Origin: Malacoraja senta
Lineage: Eukaryota
Direction of reading: 5' to 3'
Length of the DNA: 64,000 nt
Assembly: GCA_038087875.1 (NCBI GenBank)
Contig: CM075987.1
Coordinates: 18,726,001 to 18,790,000 of the forward strand
Of this stretch, positions 37,841 through 49,925 are shown one piece after another (position 1 is the stretch's first letter; each line of letters opens with the position of its first letter). The position numbers and the translations under genes were made by a program. The notes beneath the pieces were generated by a model. That model did not search any database. It was not told the origin of the DNA and saw nothing but the letters and a program-made list of their open reading frames with translations.

Positions 37841-40087
37841 TCACATAACCTTGCTGACATACCTGTGCATCGTTGACCAGCCACATGTTAAAGAAGGTCT
37901 GTCTGTTGCATTTGCCTTTATGAGGAGAATGATGTTATGAGAACTTTTATTGTCTCACCTTTATAAGAACTTGTTCGACCCCAGTCTTCCCTTCTTCTTG
38001 GCAACCATTGGGCAAAAAATACAGAAAGTTGAAAGCATGCACCATCAGACTCAAGAACAGCCTCTTCCCCTGTATTATCAGGCTTCTGAATGATCTTTCC
38101 ATAAGCTAGGATACTATTCAATTCACCTTGACCTCATTGCGGACATTGGATTTTGGCCGTGGAACTGGTGCACTACAATGCTGAGAACTATATTCTGCAC
38201 TCTGTATCTTCCCCTTTCTCTAACTATTGTAGTTGAGTTTGACATGATTATATTTATGTATAGTATTATCTGATCTGATTGAATAAATACATCCTCACCT
38301 CCTTTCCAAAGGTATTTCCTTTTATTCTAAGGTTACACCCTCTGATCCTAGACTCTCCCACTAGTGGAAACACCTTCTCTGCATCCACGCTATCCAGGCC
38401 TTTCACTAATCGGGAAGTTTCGATCCCCTCAATTTGATGGGGAGCCACTGACTTACTCAACTTGTGCAGTGAAGAATCTTGCAAGAATCCGAATAAGAGG
38501 ATTACTTCGTCTCTGGGCCAAGATAGGGATGAGCAGCCTGAGAAGGATGTAGAGAAGAAGAAAAATAAATTAAGTAGTTAACGTTTTTTGAAAGCCAAAG
38601 AGATTGTCGAGGCTTGTTGCTCAGTACCGCCCTCTGTTGGTTGCTGCAAGGAACAGGCTTTCAAAACAAAACTTTGGACAAACTATCTCAATTTATTAAA
38701 CTTAATGCACACGTAAATATCCTTACTGAGTACCAATCTGTAATCTTGGACACACTTCCTGCTACGTTCCCAATGCATGCAATTAGGGTGAAATTACGCC
38801 AACCACAACACAATGACATTTTAATATTAAATGTTACATTCTGATTTTTATTTTCAAAGCTCCTCCAGTGACAGCTCCCTGTCAATTGCAGCCTGACAAC
38901 TGGGATCCCTGGCAGTCTCTGGGCACAAGATACTGAAGTGACTCAGTGGTTCATGCAGCATCTGTGGAGGGAAAAGGACAGGCGATATTCGGGTCAGGGC
39001 CCTTTGTTCATACTCCACCATGTGTCTTCCAGCTGAGATCACTGCACAACTCCAATTATTTTTTTGTTCTATCCCTGATTTTCATTGCTCCTCAGATGCT
39101 GCCTGACTTGCTGAGTGCCTCCTGCCAATTCTGTTTTTATTTCTGTTTTTATTTCTAGGCAACCTGAGGAGTACCTTCAGCAACAGACTGGTTCCACCAA
39201 GATGCAGTACCGAAGGCCACAGGAGATTCTTCTTCCCTGTGGCTATCAAACTACTCCCTCCTCTGTCGTGGGATAGACTGACTCCTCTCCCACACACCCT
39301 ACTCAAACCTTTGCACATTCCCAATCCTTTCCACTCATCATTTTTAATTTAATATTTCATGTATCTTGTGTTTTATCATGTTTTATAACTGTTGGCAGAT
39401 CAATTTCCCTCCTGGGATAAATAAAGTTCTATCGTTATTGTATCGTATCGTATTTTATGGATAGGACAGGTTTGGAGGGATATGGACGAAATGAAGGCAG
39501 GTGGGACTCGTGTAGCTGCGACATGTTAGCCGGTGTGGGCCAGTTGGGCCGAAGGGCCCGTTTCCACACTGTATCACTTTCACTAATCGGGAAGTTTCGA
39601 TCCCCTCAACTTGATGGGGAGCCACTGACTTACTCAACTTGTGCAGTGAAGAATCTTGCAAGACTCCGAATAAACTCAAAAACTCCAAGACTCAAAAACT
39701 CTCTTTCAAACATCCAGCATCAGCTGTTTTTATGCTTTTCAATCATTGCCTCCAATTTCCCTCCCTTCCAGAAGAAACTCTTTAAAAGTAATTGCTCTGG
39801 CTAAATCTTATGGTCACAAGTCCTTGGGTTACATAAGGGCTTTGCTTCTGGGAACAGACTATGAGCGATTACTCCATAAATCAGAACCATTTTCTATGGT
39901 TATCTAAATCAAATCACTCGACATACATTTTCTATAATTCTTTAATTTCATTCCATCTTCACCCTTACACCACCCATAATGAAACGGTTGGAATACATAT
40001 TGTATCCAGTCAGTAATGATTGCCATGAGCATTCTCATATTATAATGAGCTTCAAAAATGCTTTAAAAATAGATAAACATTAAAAAA

Positions 40088-40403
40088 GGGCAGCCCAGCG
40101 GCGCAGCTGGTAGAGCCACTGCCTCACAGCACAAGAGACTTAGGTTTGATTGTGACCTCAGATGTAGTCTGTGTGGAGTTTGTACGTTCTCCCCATGATC
40201 CCTGCGTGGATTGCCTCCGGGTACTCCGGTTTCCTCCCACATCCCAAAGACATGCGAGTTGTAGGTTAACTGGCCTCTGTAAATTGCCCCTAGAATGTAG
40301 AGATGCGAAAGTGGGATATCATAGAACTAGTGTGAATGGGTGATCAGTTGTTGGCGTGGACTTGTCGGGCCGAAGGGTCTGTTTCCACATTGTATCTCCA
40401 AAC
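40088..40403 (+). mobile_element. HE1-type tRNA-derived V-SINE
   Basis: tRNA head (gcgcagctggtagagc...), V-domain (ggagtttgtacgttctcccc...ccggtttcctcccac) and CR1-derived tail. Further copies at ~1480-2100(-), 9190-9620(-), 10380-10680(+), 19365-19550(-), 31790-32070(-), 44910-45250(-), 51590-51900(-). Confidence 0.85.
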
Positions 40404-41055
40404 AAGACACAAAAAGAGAAAATACTGAAGATGTTCAGCAGGTCAGGCAGCAACTGTGATCTGAGAAAGAGAGCTAACCTTTCAGGTCGATGATATTTCA
40501 TCAGCGTTCTCACTCCACAAAATCTGCCTGACCTGCAGAGTATTTCCAGCAATTTTTATTTCAGATTTCCAGCACCTCCAATTTTTTAAAACATCTTCAC
40601 CTCCTGATGGTTTTGCCTTCTGATGAGCAAAGAGGGAAGGGATTGTATATGTTTAGTGACTGCGAAACGTCAGCAGGGGGTGCTGAAAAGCCACGGTTTA
40701 ACGCAGCAGAGAGACTCTGTCAATACTAAACCTGCACCATGATCAGGTCAGTTTCTCAGTCTAATGTGTATTGACTCACAATACTTTTTTCTAAAGAATA
40801 TGCACTGTGAGCTTTCTTAGCGATGTACCACCTGGAATATACATTAAGTCAGTAAACAAGAAGGTGCCGATACACATATCAATTAAAATATAAACTACAG
40901 CTATCAACAATGTGTTTCCATCAATATAACCCCTCTTCTCATTTGACTTTATGATCAATCAACTTCTAATTTAATAAACTAATAACTAAAAAGTATAAAA
41001 TCAACCCAAAAAGTTTGTGTACAGAGTTTTCCTCCACAGATGCTGCTTGCGTGTG

Positions 41056-42751
41056 CGGATGTGGTGTCGAAGGACGAGAAGCCGATGCAAAGAAGTGGAA
41101 GCCAAATAACCGAACGGTAACGAAGCGAAAAGACAAATAACCAAAAGCGTACGAAGCCGAAAAGCCAACTAACCGAAAGGGTGGGACGCCTAAAAGCCAA
41201 CTAACCGAAAGGGTGGGACGCCTAAAAGCCATCTCACCGAAAGGCCGCTTTGCCGAAACGCCAACTAACCAAAAGGCCGCCTCACCTAGAAGCCAACTCA
41301 CCGAAAGGCCGCTGTGCCGAAAAGCCAAATAACGGACATGACATCGCTGGGGGGGGGGGGGGGCAGGACTTGTCAGCGATTGGTTCAGACCCCCGGGTCC
41401 ATCACATCACTGGCCGGGGGAGATGCAAGTGTGGGGGTCATTCTCCCACACAAGACCGCCCTGTTGCTGGAGGGTGACTGGGCACTCTGAACCAGAGCAC
41501 CAAGTTGTATGCCGCCGAAGGAGCGCTTCCCCCAGGACAGCCCCCACTCTCCCACGGCCGCGGCTACCCTCCGCCTCGTCAGAAGAATGGTCTCAACCGG
41601 AAACATCACCTATTCCTTCTCTCCAGAGATGCTGCCTAGTTTCGCTGAGTTACTCCAGCTTTTTGTGTCCATCTTCGGTTAAAACAGATTACAGATTATC
41701 TGGGTTTGTGTGTGGGAGCTTGTTGTGTGGTTACGCAGGCAACTAGACACTATTACTGTGTTTAAACAATAAATAAAATGTGCTTCTTGTTGTCAAGGTG
41801 GGGGGGGGGGGAGTGGGAGGAGATAAAATTGTTCGTTGTCTGTCATACTTGTCGTCGGCCCGCCAGGGAATTTGTGTCCACCCCCCCATGTTTTAAAAGT
41901 GATTTACTATGGCTGCCAATGCCCCGAGCCGTCTGTCCTCGCGGCTGGGGGCGAGGGGGGGGGGGTCAATCACCCGGTGTGGGTGTCAGGGGGTGAATCA
42001 CCCCGTGTGTTGGTCGGCGTCCGAGGGGTGAATCACCCTGGTGTAGGGGTTGGTGTCCAGTGGCGGTGCATTGTGGTCAGTGACTCTGGGTGGGCGGAGG
42101 GACCAGACAGTCCCCAACTCTGCTCCACCCGGCCCCGTGTGTGTGTGTGTGTGCGCTGTCGGCCCACAGCCCATCACAGTGCGGCCACACGGGGAGGCGA
42201 GGCGGAGGACAGCCGTGGCCGTGGGAGAGTGGGGGCTGTCCCGAGGGATGCGCTCCTTCGGCCACTTACAACATGGTTCTCGGGTTCAGAGTGCCCGGTC
42301 ACCCTCCAGCCCAGGGTGATCTTGTGTGGGAGAATGACCCCCACCCTCCCGTCTCCCCCGGCCAGTGATGGACGCGGGGGTCTGGAGCAATCGCTGACGT
42401 CCCCCCCCCCCCCCCCCGGTGACGTCATGTCCGCTATTTGGCTTTTCAACACAGCGGCCTTTTGGTGAATTGGTGAATTGGCTTCTAGGCGACGCAGCCT
42501 TTCGGTTAGTTAGCGTTTCAGCATAGCGGCCTTTCGGTGAGTTGGCTTTTAGGCGTTCCACCCTTTCGGTTAGTTGGCTTTTAGGCATTCCACCCTTTCG
42601 GTTAGTTGGCTTTTAGGCATTCCGCCCTGTCGGTTAGTTGGCTTTTCGGCTTCGTACGCTTTCGGTTATTTGGCTTTTCGGCTTCGTTTCCGTTCGGTTA
42701 TTTGGCTTCCACTTCTTTGCTTCGGCTTCTCGTCCTTTGACGCCACATCCG
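41056..42751. mobile_element. Foldback-like non-autonomous DNA transposon with ~530-550 bp modular inverted repeats
   Basis: Arms 41056-41580 and ~42196-42751 are reverse complements, starting CGGATGTGG(C/T)GTC. Outer domain has ~30 bp tandem units (aaaagccaactaaccgaaagggtgg...); inner domain is GC-rich. Confidence 0.8.
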
Positions 42752-42940
42752 GGTACCACTGCATGACTCTCTAAGTTATGTTCTTGCACTGGATTCCAAT
42801 ATCTGCATCATCTATTGTCTTTACATTTCTTTCTATCTTTTGGAAACTCTTCCTAAAACATGCACCTCGCTCGGTATCTGCCATCTTTCCAGGAACATAC
42901 TTCATTGACTATTGAAGTTCAGACTCAATTCTACACACAC

Positions 42941-43243
42941 GGGTGGCACAGTGGTAGAGTTGCTGCATTATTGCGCCGGAGACGCGGGTTCGATCCTAAT
43001 TACAGGTGCTTGTCTGTACGGAGTTTGTATATTCTCCCCGTGACCTGCATAGGTTTTCTCCGGGTGCTCTGGCTTACTCCCACACTCCAAAGACATACTG
43101 GTTTGTCGGCTAATTGGCTTGGTAAAATTGTAAATTGACTCTAGTGTGTGTAGGATAGTGTCAGTGCGCAGGGATCGTTGGTCGACGTGGACTCGGTGGG
43201 CCGAAAGGCCTGTTGCCGCACTGTATCTCTAAACTGAACTAAA
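42941..43243 (+). mobile_element. HE1-type V-SINE
   Basis: Same tripartite structure; B box gggttcgatcc; (ctaaa)n tail. Confidence 0.85.
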
Positions 43244-43314
43244 CAAAAGGGGTTAAAGTGCTGAAATCTCTACTCCTACAAAATTGATTCAATGCTGTAT
43301 TAATTGTTTAAAAA

Positions 43315-43484
43315 GTCATAGTCATTGTGCTGTACAGCATGGAAACAGGCCCTTCAGCCCACCTTATCCATACCAACAAAGTATGATATATTGCGCTAGT
43401 CCTATATGCTCGCCTTTGGCCTATATTTTTCTAAACTCTCCCTATCTATATATCTTTTTTTTTTTTCTTTTTTTTTTAGGGGCC

Positions 43485-43535
<51 letters not shown>

Positions 43536-43880
43536 GAGCACTCCCTATCTATATATCTGTCCAAACATTTTTTTAAAGTCGTAATTGTATCCATTTCTGT
43601 AAGTTCCTCTGGCAGTTCATTCCAGATACAGACTGCCCTCTGAGTGAAACATTTGCCACTGATGCCTCTTCTAAATCTCTCTCCTCAAGCCTTAAGTATT
43701 TGCCATTTAGTTTGAGAGTCCTCTACCCTGGGGAAAAAGACCGTGAGTGTTCACTTTATCCATGACCCACATGATCTTGTACACCTCAATACGGTTACTC
43801 CACAGCCTCTTACACGCCAAAGAAAATTCTCCCAGCCTATCCAACCTCTCCCTATAACTCAAGCCCATATTCCCAGTTAA
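43315..43880 (-). mobile_element. Old CR1 3' fragment hosting the U6 retrocopy
   Basis: Minus-strand translation GLSYRERLDRLGEFSL..IEVYKIM; CR1 3' UTR. Confidence 0.75.
43456..43541 (-). pseudogene. RNU6: U6 snRNA retropseudogene (U6 nt 1-64 plus poly(A))
   Basis: 43541-43478 is identical to recalled U6 nt 1-64 (GTGCTCGCTTCGGCAGCAC...GCATGGCCCCT), followed by an A-tail. 17-bp TSD tccctatctatatatct at 43439-43455 and 43542-43558. Confidence 0.96.
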
Positions 43881-44317
43881 TATTAATCTAGACAAGCAGA
43901 AACATTGAAACTAGGAGTAGCTGTTTGGCCTTTCAAGTCTGCTCTGCAGTCCAAAACAATCATGGGTGATCTTCAATACCCTATTCTCGATTTCTCCCCA
44001 TATCACTTGACCTCTTCAGCCTTTAGAACTACATCTAACTTCGACTGGAGTATATTGAAAAAACTGTCCTCCATTACCGATCCTGGTAGAGAATTCCACT
44101 GGTTCACCACTCTTTGGGTGCAGAAATTCCTTCTCAAAAATGTGAGCACCAGGATCAAGAACAGCTTCTCCTCTGGAACCATCAAGGTCTTGAACTACAC
44201 AACACTAACCACTACCTCAACAACTATAATCTTCCATATACTGTGTCTATGGTTGCACTGTCGACTTTGTTTCTACACCATAATGGCTGCCGACTACCAC
44301 AGTTGTTAATTTGCTAT

Positions 44318-44628
44318 ATTTAGTTTAGTTTAGAGATACAGCATGGAAACAGGCCCTTTGGCCCACCAACCAGCGACCCCCACAAATTAACGTTATCCAA
44401 CACGCACACACTATGAACAATTTACACTAATACCAAGCCAATTAATATACAAACCTGTAGGTCTTTGGAGTGTGGGAGGAAACCGAAGATCTCGGAGAAA
44501 ACCCACGCAGTCAAGGGAAGAACATACAATCTCCGTACAGACAGCACCCGTGGTCTGGATCGAACCCGGGTCTCTGGCGGTGCAAGCCTTGTATGGCAGC
44601 AACTCTACCGCTGCACCACCGTGCCACT
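44318..44628 (-). mobile_element. HE1-type V-SINE
   Basis: Reverse complement of the same family, with (tttag)n tail. Confidence 0.85.
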
Positions 44629-47600
44629 CTGATGATGATTATTGATGATTAAATATTTATTTGTGTGTTATTGCATTAACAAGCCTGGTCAGCTTCTCCA
44701 TGTAAGTATTTCATTGTTCCATTGCCAGTACGTAACACTTTTGACTCTAGATTTCCATGTAGCCAAGGCTCGGAACTCTTGGCTCTGGACTTCCCACCAT
44801 CAGAAACATCCTTCCTGCCACCACTGCCCATTTACGTCAGGAGTTTATGTTTCAATGTGGTTTTCTCTCTACTTTTTCCAGGAAGCTGCCGGTTGTATGA
44901 CGTTTGCTGTCAGGAGTCAGAGAGCGATACAGCACAGAAACAGGCCATTCAGCCCAGCATGTCCATGCTGACCATAAACCACCTCTGTACATTAATCCTG
45001 CATTTTCTTACAATTTCCCACAGTTTCAGCAACTTCCTTTGGATTCTGCCACTCACCTGCACATCAGGGCTCATTTACCTACCGACCCGCATGTCTTTGG
45101 GAGGTGGGAGGAAACAGGAGCACCCAAGGAAACCCACGTGGTCACAGGGAGAGCGTGCAAACTCCACACAGACAGCACCTGAAATCAATAACGAACTCGG
45201 GTCTCGGGCACTGTGAGGCAGCAGCTCTACCAGCTGCACCACTGTGCTGCCCTCTCTGGAGTGTGGCCTCTGGAATGTCTCACCCTGAGTGCAACATTAG
45301 GGATCCAGTGACCAGACAGTCACGTGTGCAGTGCGGGCACTGGACTGCAGCAGGAATCTGTCATATGACATAGTGTGTGATTTGCTGATGATTTATCCAG
45401 GCTTGGGATATCACTGGGGCAAAGTCCAGCCAAATGCTCACAATATTCCAAATCTGGTCATACCAGTGCCTTGTAAAGCCTTGTAAAGAATAACATCCTT
45501 GCTGTTATATTCTAGTCCCCTCAAAATGAATGATAGCATTGCATTTGCCTACCTTATCGCTGACCTTTTGGCAATCCAGCACCAGCACTCCCAAGTCCCT
45601 TTGCACTTCTGATTTTGGAATCCTCTCCCCATTTAGAAAGGAATCTATGCCTTTATTCCTTCTACCAAAGATCATGACCGGACACTTTGCTGCATTGTAT
45701 TCCATTTGCCACTTCTTTGTCTACTCTTACAAGCTGTCCAAATCCTTCTGCAGCCTCCCTGCTTCCTCTACACTACCCGCTCCTCCACCTATCTTCATAT
45801 CGTCTGTAAACTTGGCCACAAAGCCATCAGTTCCTTGTAAGAGTGCGGTATCTTATCCCAGCCCGACGTGGCTGATTTGAACACAGAACATACCTCAAAG
45901 CTGTAAACTTGTGTTCCCCCATGTTCACCCATGCCGAGCTGTCTGCTGAAATGTACAACACAGCCTGGGAAACTACAGAGTCTAAAAGTAATCTCATCTC
46001 GTCCCATCACTCCAACCTCCCAAAGCAGAAAAAATAAACATAAGTAGCTTAGTATGTGTCCAACCACATACTCAGGTGAAATCAATTACTGCGTCTAATA
46101 AGACTTCCAAGGACTTTAATTAAAATAAATTTAATTAAAACTAAGCCAGCTTTATATGATGATATGCTGCAGTTTACCCAGGGGGCTCATGACTCCTGGT
46201 GTAATTTACAAAGACGGAATTAATCACTGACAATATAAGATGTAAAGAGCTGGTCAATTCTGCCAGCCTTTCTCCACAAGCTGTAGAGATCAGAGAAGGG
46301 GAAAAGGTTTGGCCTGACTTTATATACACATTTCATTACCACTGTTTGACCCTGCAGGGGCAACTTGTTGGTCCATTGCTGGTAGAAGGTTGGGCCGAAC
46401 AATCAGAGAGGAGGTGAGAGGGGCCAGATTCTCTGTATTTGAGTTGTACAATCCACCCTGTGAATTGGCAGCACAATATATCTTCTTTTTTTTCTCCACT
46501 TTAGTCTTTATTGCTTTTATGTATACACAAATAAAACACAAATATAACAACGAAACATACAACAATGCAGTGAAACGTACAACAGTGCAACAATATATCT
46601 CTAGTCTTTGACATTTCTAATCTGCAAAAAAGGTTCTGATTATCTACCCTTTCTATACCTCTCATAATATATAATTTAAAAAAATGTCAATAAATTAATA
46701 ACCACAATATTGTGCAAAAATCCCGCAAAGTCCTTCGGGCAACCAAAGACAGTCCGTAGAAGTGCATAGTTGAGGTTAGTGTTGTGTAGAGTTTTATAAC
46801 CATCATATCTGTATACTGCTTGAAGTGATGCTGTGAATCCAATCAGAATTGGTGGTGGAGGTGGCAGGGGTGAGGGCAGAGGGTGAGAGTGGGAGCACAA
46901 AGCCAAAAGGCTGAGGTCAGACGCGCTAATCGTAATGCTCCGTGCCTCTGTTGAAAGTTTTTACAACCTCGTAAAAGGATGACGGCTCCTAACGATCAGG
47001 TGCTGCCGGGAAGGATGTCTCCAGTCTGCGAAGGCCTTTTGACTTGCTTTCAAATGCATCAGGAATTCCAGTAATGACAGGGGGCAGTTAGTGTAGAATA
47101 TAGAGACCTTCACGATCCGTGCTGGCACAACCCTTAAACTGAAGCTATTAGTGTGATTGCTGGGGGGGGGGGGGGTTGCTGAGTTCAAGCAAAAATGTCA
47201 ATTCTCATCTCCAGCAATGGAGCAGTTGTGGGGCTGTAGGTTTTCAGAGCAATCCTGACTGTGAAATCATTGCTCCCTCGGGGACTGCAAATTCCAGGTT
47301 GATGAGGGCTGCCAATATTTACTTACACGGCTAAAGATTTACACGGGTCACTCTCGTCAGGGCCCTGTTTTTTAAGTCAGAAACTGTGAAGTCTGTTATT
47401 TCTTTCCTGAAGTGAACCCTTGGCCTCCTGTCCAATTGTTTACCATTTGCTTTGGGCTTTTGTCACCCACAGTGCTTTGGATGTTCAGCGTGCAGCCGGA
47501 GCTGACAGGCGTTCTCAGCGGCCCCAGTTTTACACGAGTCAACTCACAAGGCATAAACTGATGGGGCTTTCTTCCAGTGCTATCAGAGGGGCACCATTCA

Positions 47601-48409
47601 CATTGCAACCCCATACTGCCCGACTCTGAAAACCAGCAACACAAGAGACTCTGCCAACTCTCCAATCACAAACCCAGGTCTAGACCCGAGCTAGCATCAG
47701 GACTGAAACCCCACTTTTAGCCTTAACTCTTGATTTATTGTTGTCATATGCACCGAGATATAGTGAAAAGCTTTATTTGTGTGCAATCCAGTCAATTCAT
47801 ACTATACACAAGAACAATCAAGCCATGCACAAGTACAACAGATAGTCCCGACAACGAGAAAAATGCCAAAGTGCAGAGTATAGTGCTGCAGCATTGGAGC
47901 ACCACAGTTCCAGAGAAAAAGTGCAATGTCTGTAATGAGTTGGGTTGGAAGCTCAGGTCTACACCCTAGATAATGGGGCAAGCGTTCAGTGGTCAGATAA
48001 CAGACCTGAGTCTGGTGGTACAAGCTTTCAAGCAATTGTATCTTCTGCCAGAGGGGAGAAGAGGGAATAACTATGGTGAAAAAGGTCCATTAATACGTTG
48101 CGTGTTGTCTCTCAAGTATGGTGTAGATGGAGTCGATGCTGGGGAGTCTGGTCTGTGTGATGGACTGTGCTACCTCTCTGATCACTAATCTCTGGGTTTA
48201 CGTTTATTATTATCTCATGTACCGAGTTACAGTGTAAAGCTTTGTTTTGTATGCTATCCAAACAGATCAGAAATACCATACATAAATGCTACCATTTTAA
48301 ACTCAAGTACAATATGTAGAGCGAAGGGGCTGGTACAGAGTGCAGAATACAGTTCTTAGCTGTAGTGCACCTTAGCTCATCGTAACAGTTAACACCCTCA
48401 CAAACTCAC

Positions 48410-49092
48410 AAATTTTGGAATGAAATCTTTGAAATTTTCACGAAATTATTTAAAATAAAACTGGAACCGAATGCAGAACTGATTATTTTTGGAACAATCG
48501 AAGCTAGTTTGGAGCTGTCTTTGTTTCAAAGGAACTTTCTTAATTATGGCTTAATAACGGCAAAAAAAGTATACTGAAATTTTGGAAAAACACTCTCACG
48601 CCAACGACAGAAATGTGGATTTCTAATATGCCGGAACTGTTACACCTAGAAGATATGAGATTCCTCTTAGCAGGTAAACCAGACCATTTCCAAAAGATTT
48701 GGTCTCCATTTATCGACTTATTACAAATATAGGGTGCAACAAAATGTTGATAATAAATGGTTTCAGGACCTGGCGAGGGGTGAGTAAAGATATGAAGTAG
48801 GTACATCCCTTTTATCTTGTCCTATCTTATCTTACTTTTTTTTCTTTTTTCTTTTTCCTTCTTTTGGTTTCTCTCTTTTGTTTAACTCTTTCTGTGGTTT
48901 AGGTCCCTATGGGTGATCCTGGACCACTCTTTCACTCACTTACTATCTCTGCTAACTCTCTCTATCCTTTTTCTTATTAAAGTTTAAAATAAGAAGTGGT
49001 ACAAGAAATGTATAATTTTATGTGTGTTTGAGATCACTATACTGTACAATACTTCTAATAAAAATAAAAAATAAATTAAAAAAACATTTAAA
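48410..49092 (+). mobile_element. 5'-truncated L1-clade LINE (ORF2 C-terminus, 3' UTR, A-tail)
   Basis: Open frame 48410-48732 KFWNEIF...ITAKKSILKFWK...MWISNM..LLHLE...FQKIWSPFI; AATAAA plus A-rich tail; TSD aaactcac at 48402-48409 and 49093-49100. Confidence 0.85.
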
Positions 49093-49789
49093 AAACTCAC
49101 TGTCAATGTCTTGAAATCACTTACAGATCTGAGGAACATTCTTGAACCTCTCGTCTACATCCCTTGAGAAACAAGTAGGAAAAATGAGGAAAGCAGTAAA
49201 GGGAGAGAGGACTCCATTTTAGCGAACATGTGTCAGGCCTTGTTACGGATGCTTTATATTGAACCATGCCAATATTCTGGACAGATTACTGAATATCTCA
49301 TAACAAGGCTCTACGCAGTCTTCATCAACTCAACGTAAATTTCCAAATGACACCACTGTGGTATTTGGTGGTAAGTGGCATTTAAGAGGCTTTTAGCTGG
49401 GGGCCTGAATATGCAGGGGCTGGAAGGATATGGATCACACGCAGGCAGAGGAGATTAGTTTAGCTTGGCAACATGTTCGGCACGGACATGGTGGGCCAAA
49501 GGACCTGTTTCTGTGCTGTACTGTTCTTGTTCTATGTAACGACCTTTTAATACAGTACCTTTAACATTGTAAAAAGACACAAAGCCCTTCAAAGCATTTG
49601 ACATCAAACTACATAATTAAATATTAAGGTAACCTAGCCAGACAGGTGGGTATTAAAGATTACCTTAACTGGATAGGGAGGACAAGGGGGAGACATTGAG
49701 GGACAAAATTCCTACACTTAAGACCTTTGATGCTAAAGTACATCCACTGATGCAGAAACAACGTTATAACAGGGTTTTTACTCAAAAAT

Positions 49790-49843
49790 GGGGTGGAAGA
49801 TTGCAACCTTCACGTGGTCCGCCCTGTTTCGACTAATGCAATC
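49790..49843 (+). ncRNA. Minimal HDV-like (CPEB3-type) self-cleaving ribozyme, predicted
   Basis: P1 GGGGUGG/CCGCCCU (G1-U wobble), P2 GAUUGCA/UGCAAUC, P3 ACC/GGU, L3 UUCACGU, GU after P1, J4/2 CUAA; P4 reduced to UUCGA. Confidence 0.8.
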
Positions 49844-49925
49844 AACTCGACGTGCACAAACAGAAGATCAAATAGAACAAGTTGTCCTACAACTTTAGGC
49901 TGTGCATGCCACACGAAAGAAGAAG
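49790..49925 (+). mobile_element. Short non-autonomous retroelement headed by an HDV-like ribozyme, with (GAA)n tail
   Basis: Second copy at 9248-9387 (-). TSD actcaaaaat/actaaaaaat at 49780-49789 and 49926-49935; tail aaagaagaag. Confidence 0.85.

Noticed and set aside
40088..40160. tRNA genes at SINE heads
   Set aside because: A/B-box-like heads continue into V-SINE bodies and do not form full cloverleaves.
41090..41335. CRISPR-like periodic repeats
   Set aside because: Degenerate tandem units without unique spacers, mirrored in the opposite arm of a foldback element; no cas genes; eukaryotic context.
41836..42468. 210-aa ORF
   Set aside because: GC-rich repeat sequence inside the foldback element; no domain features.
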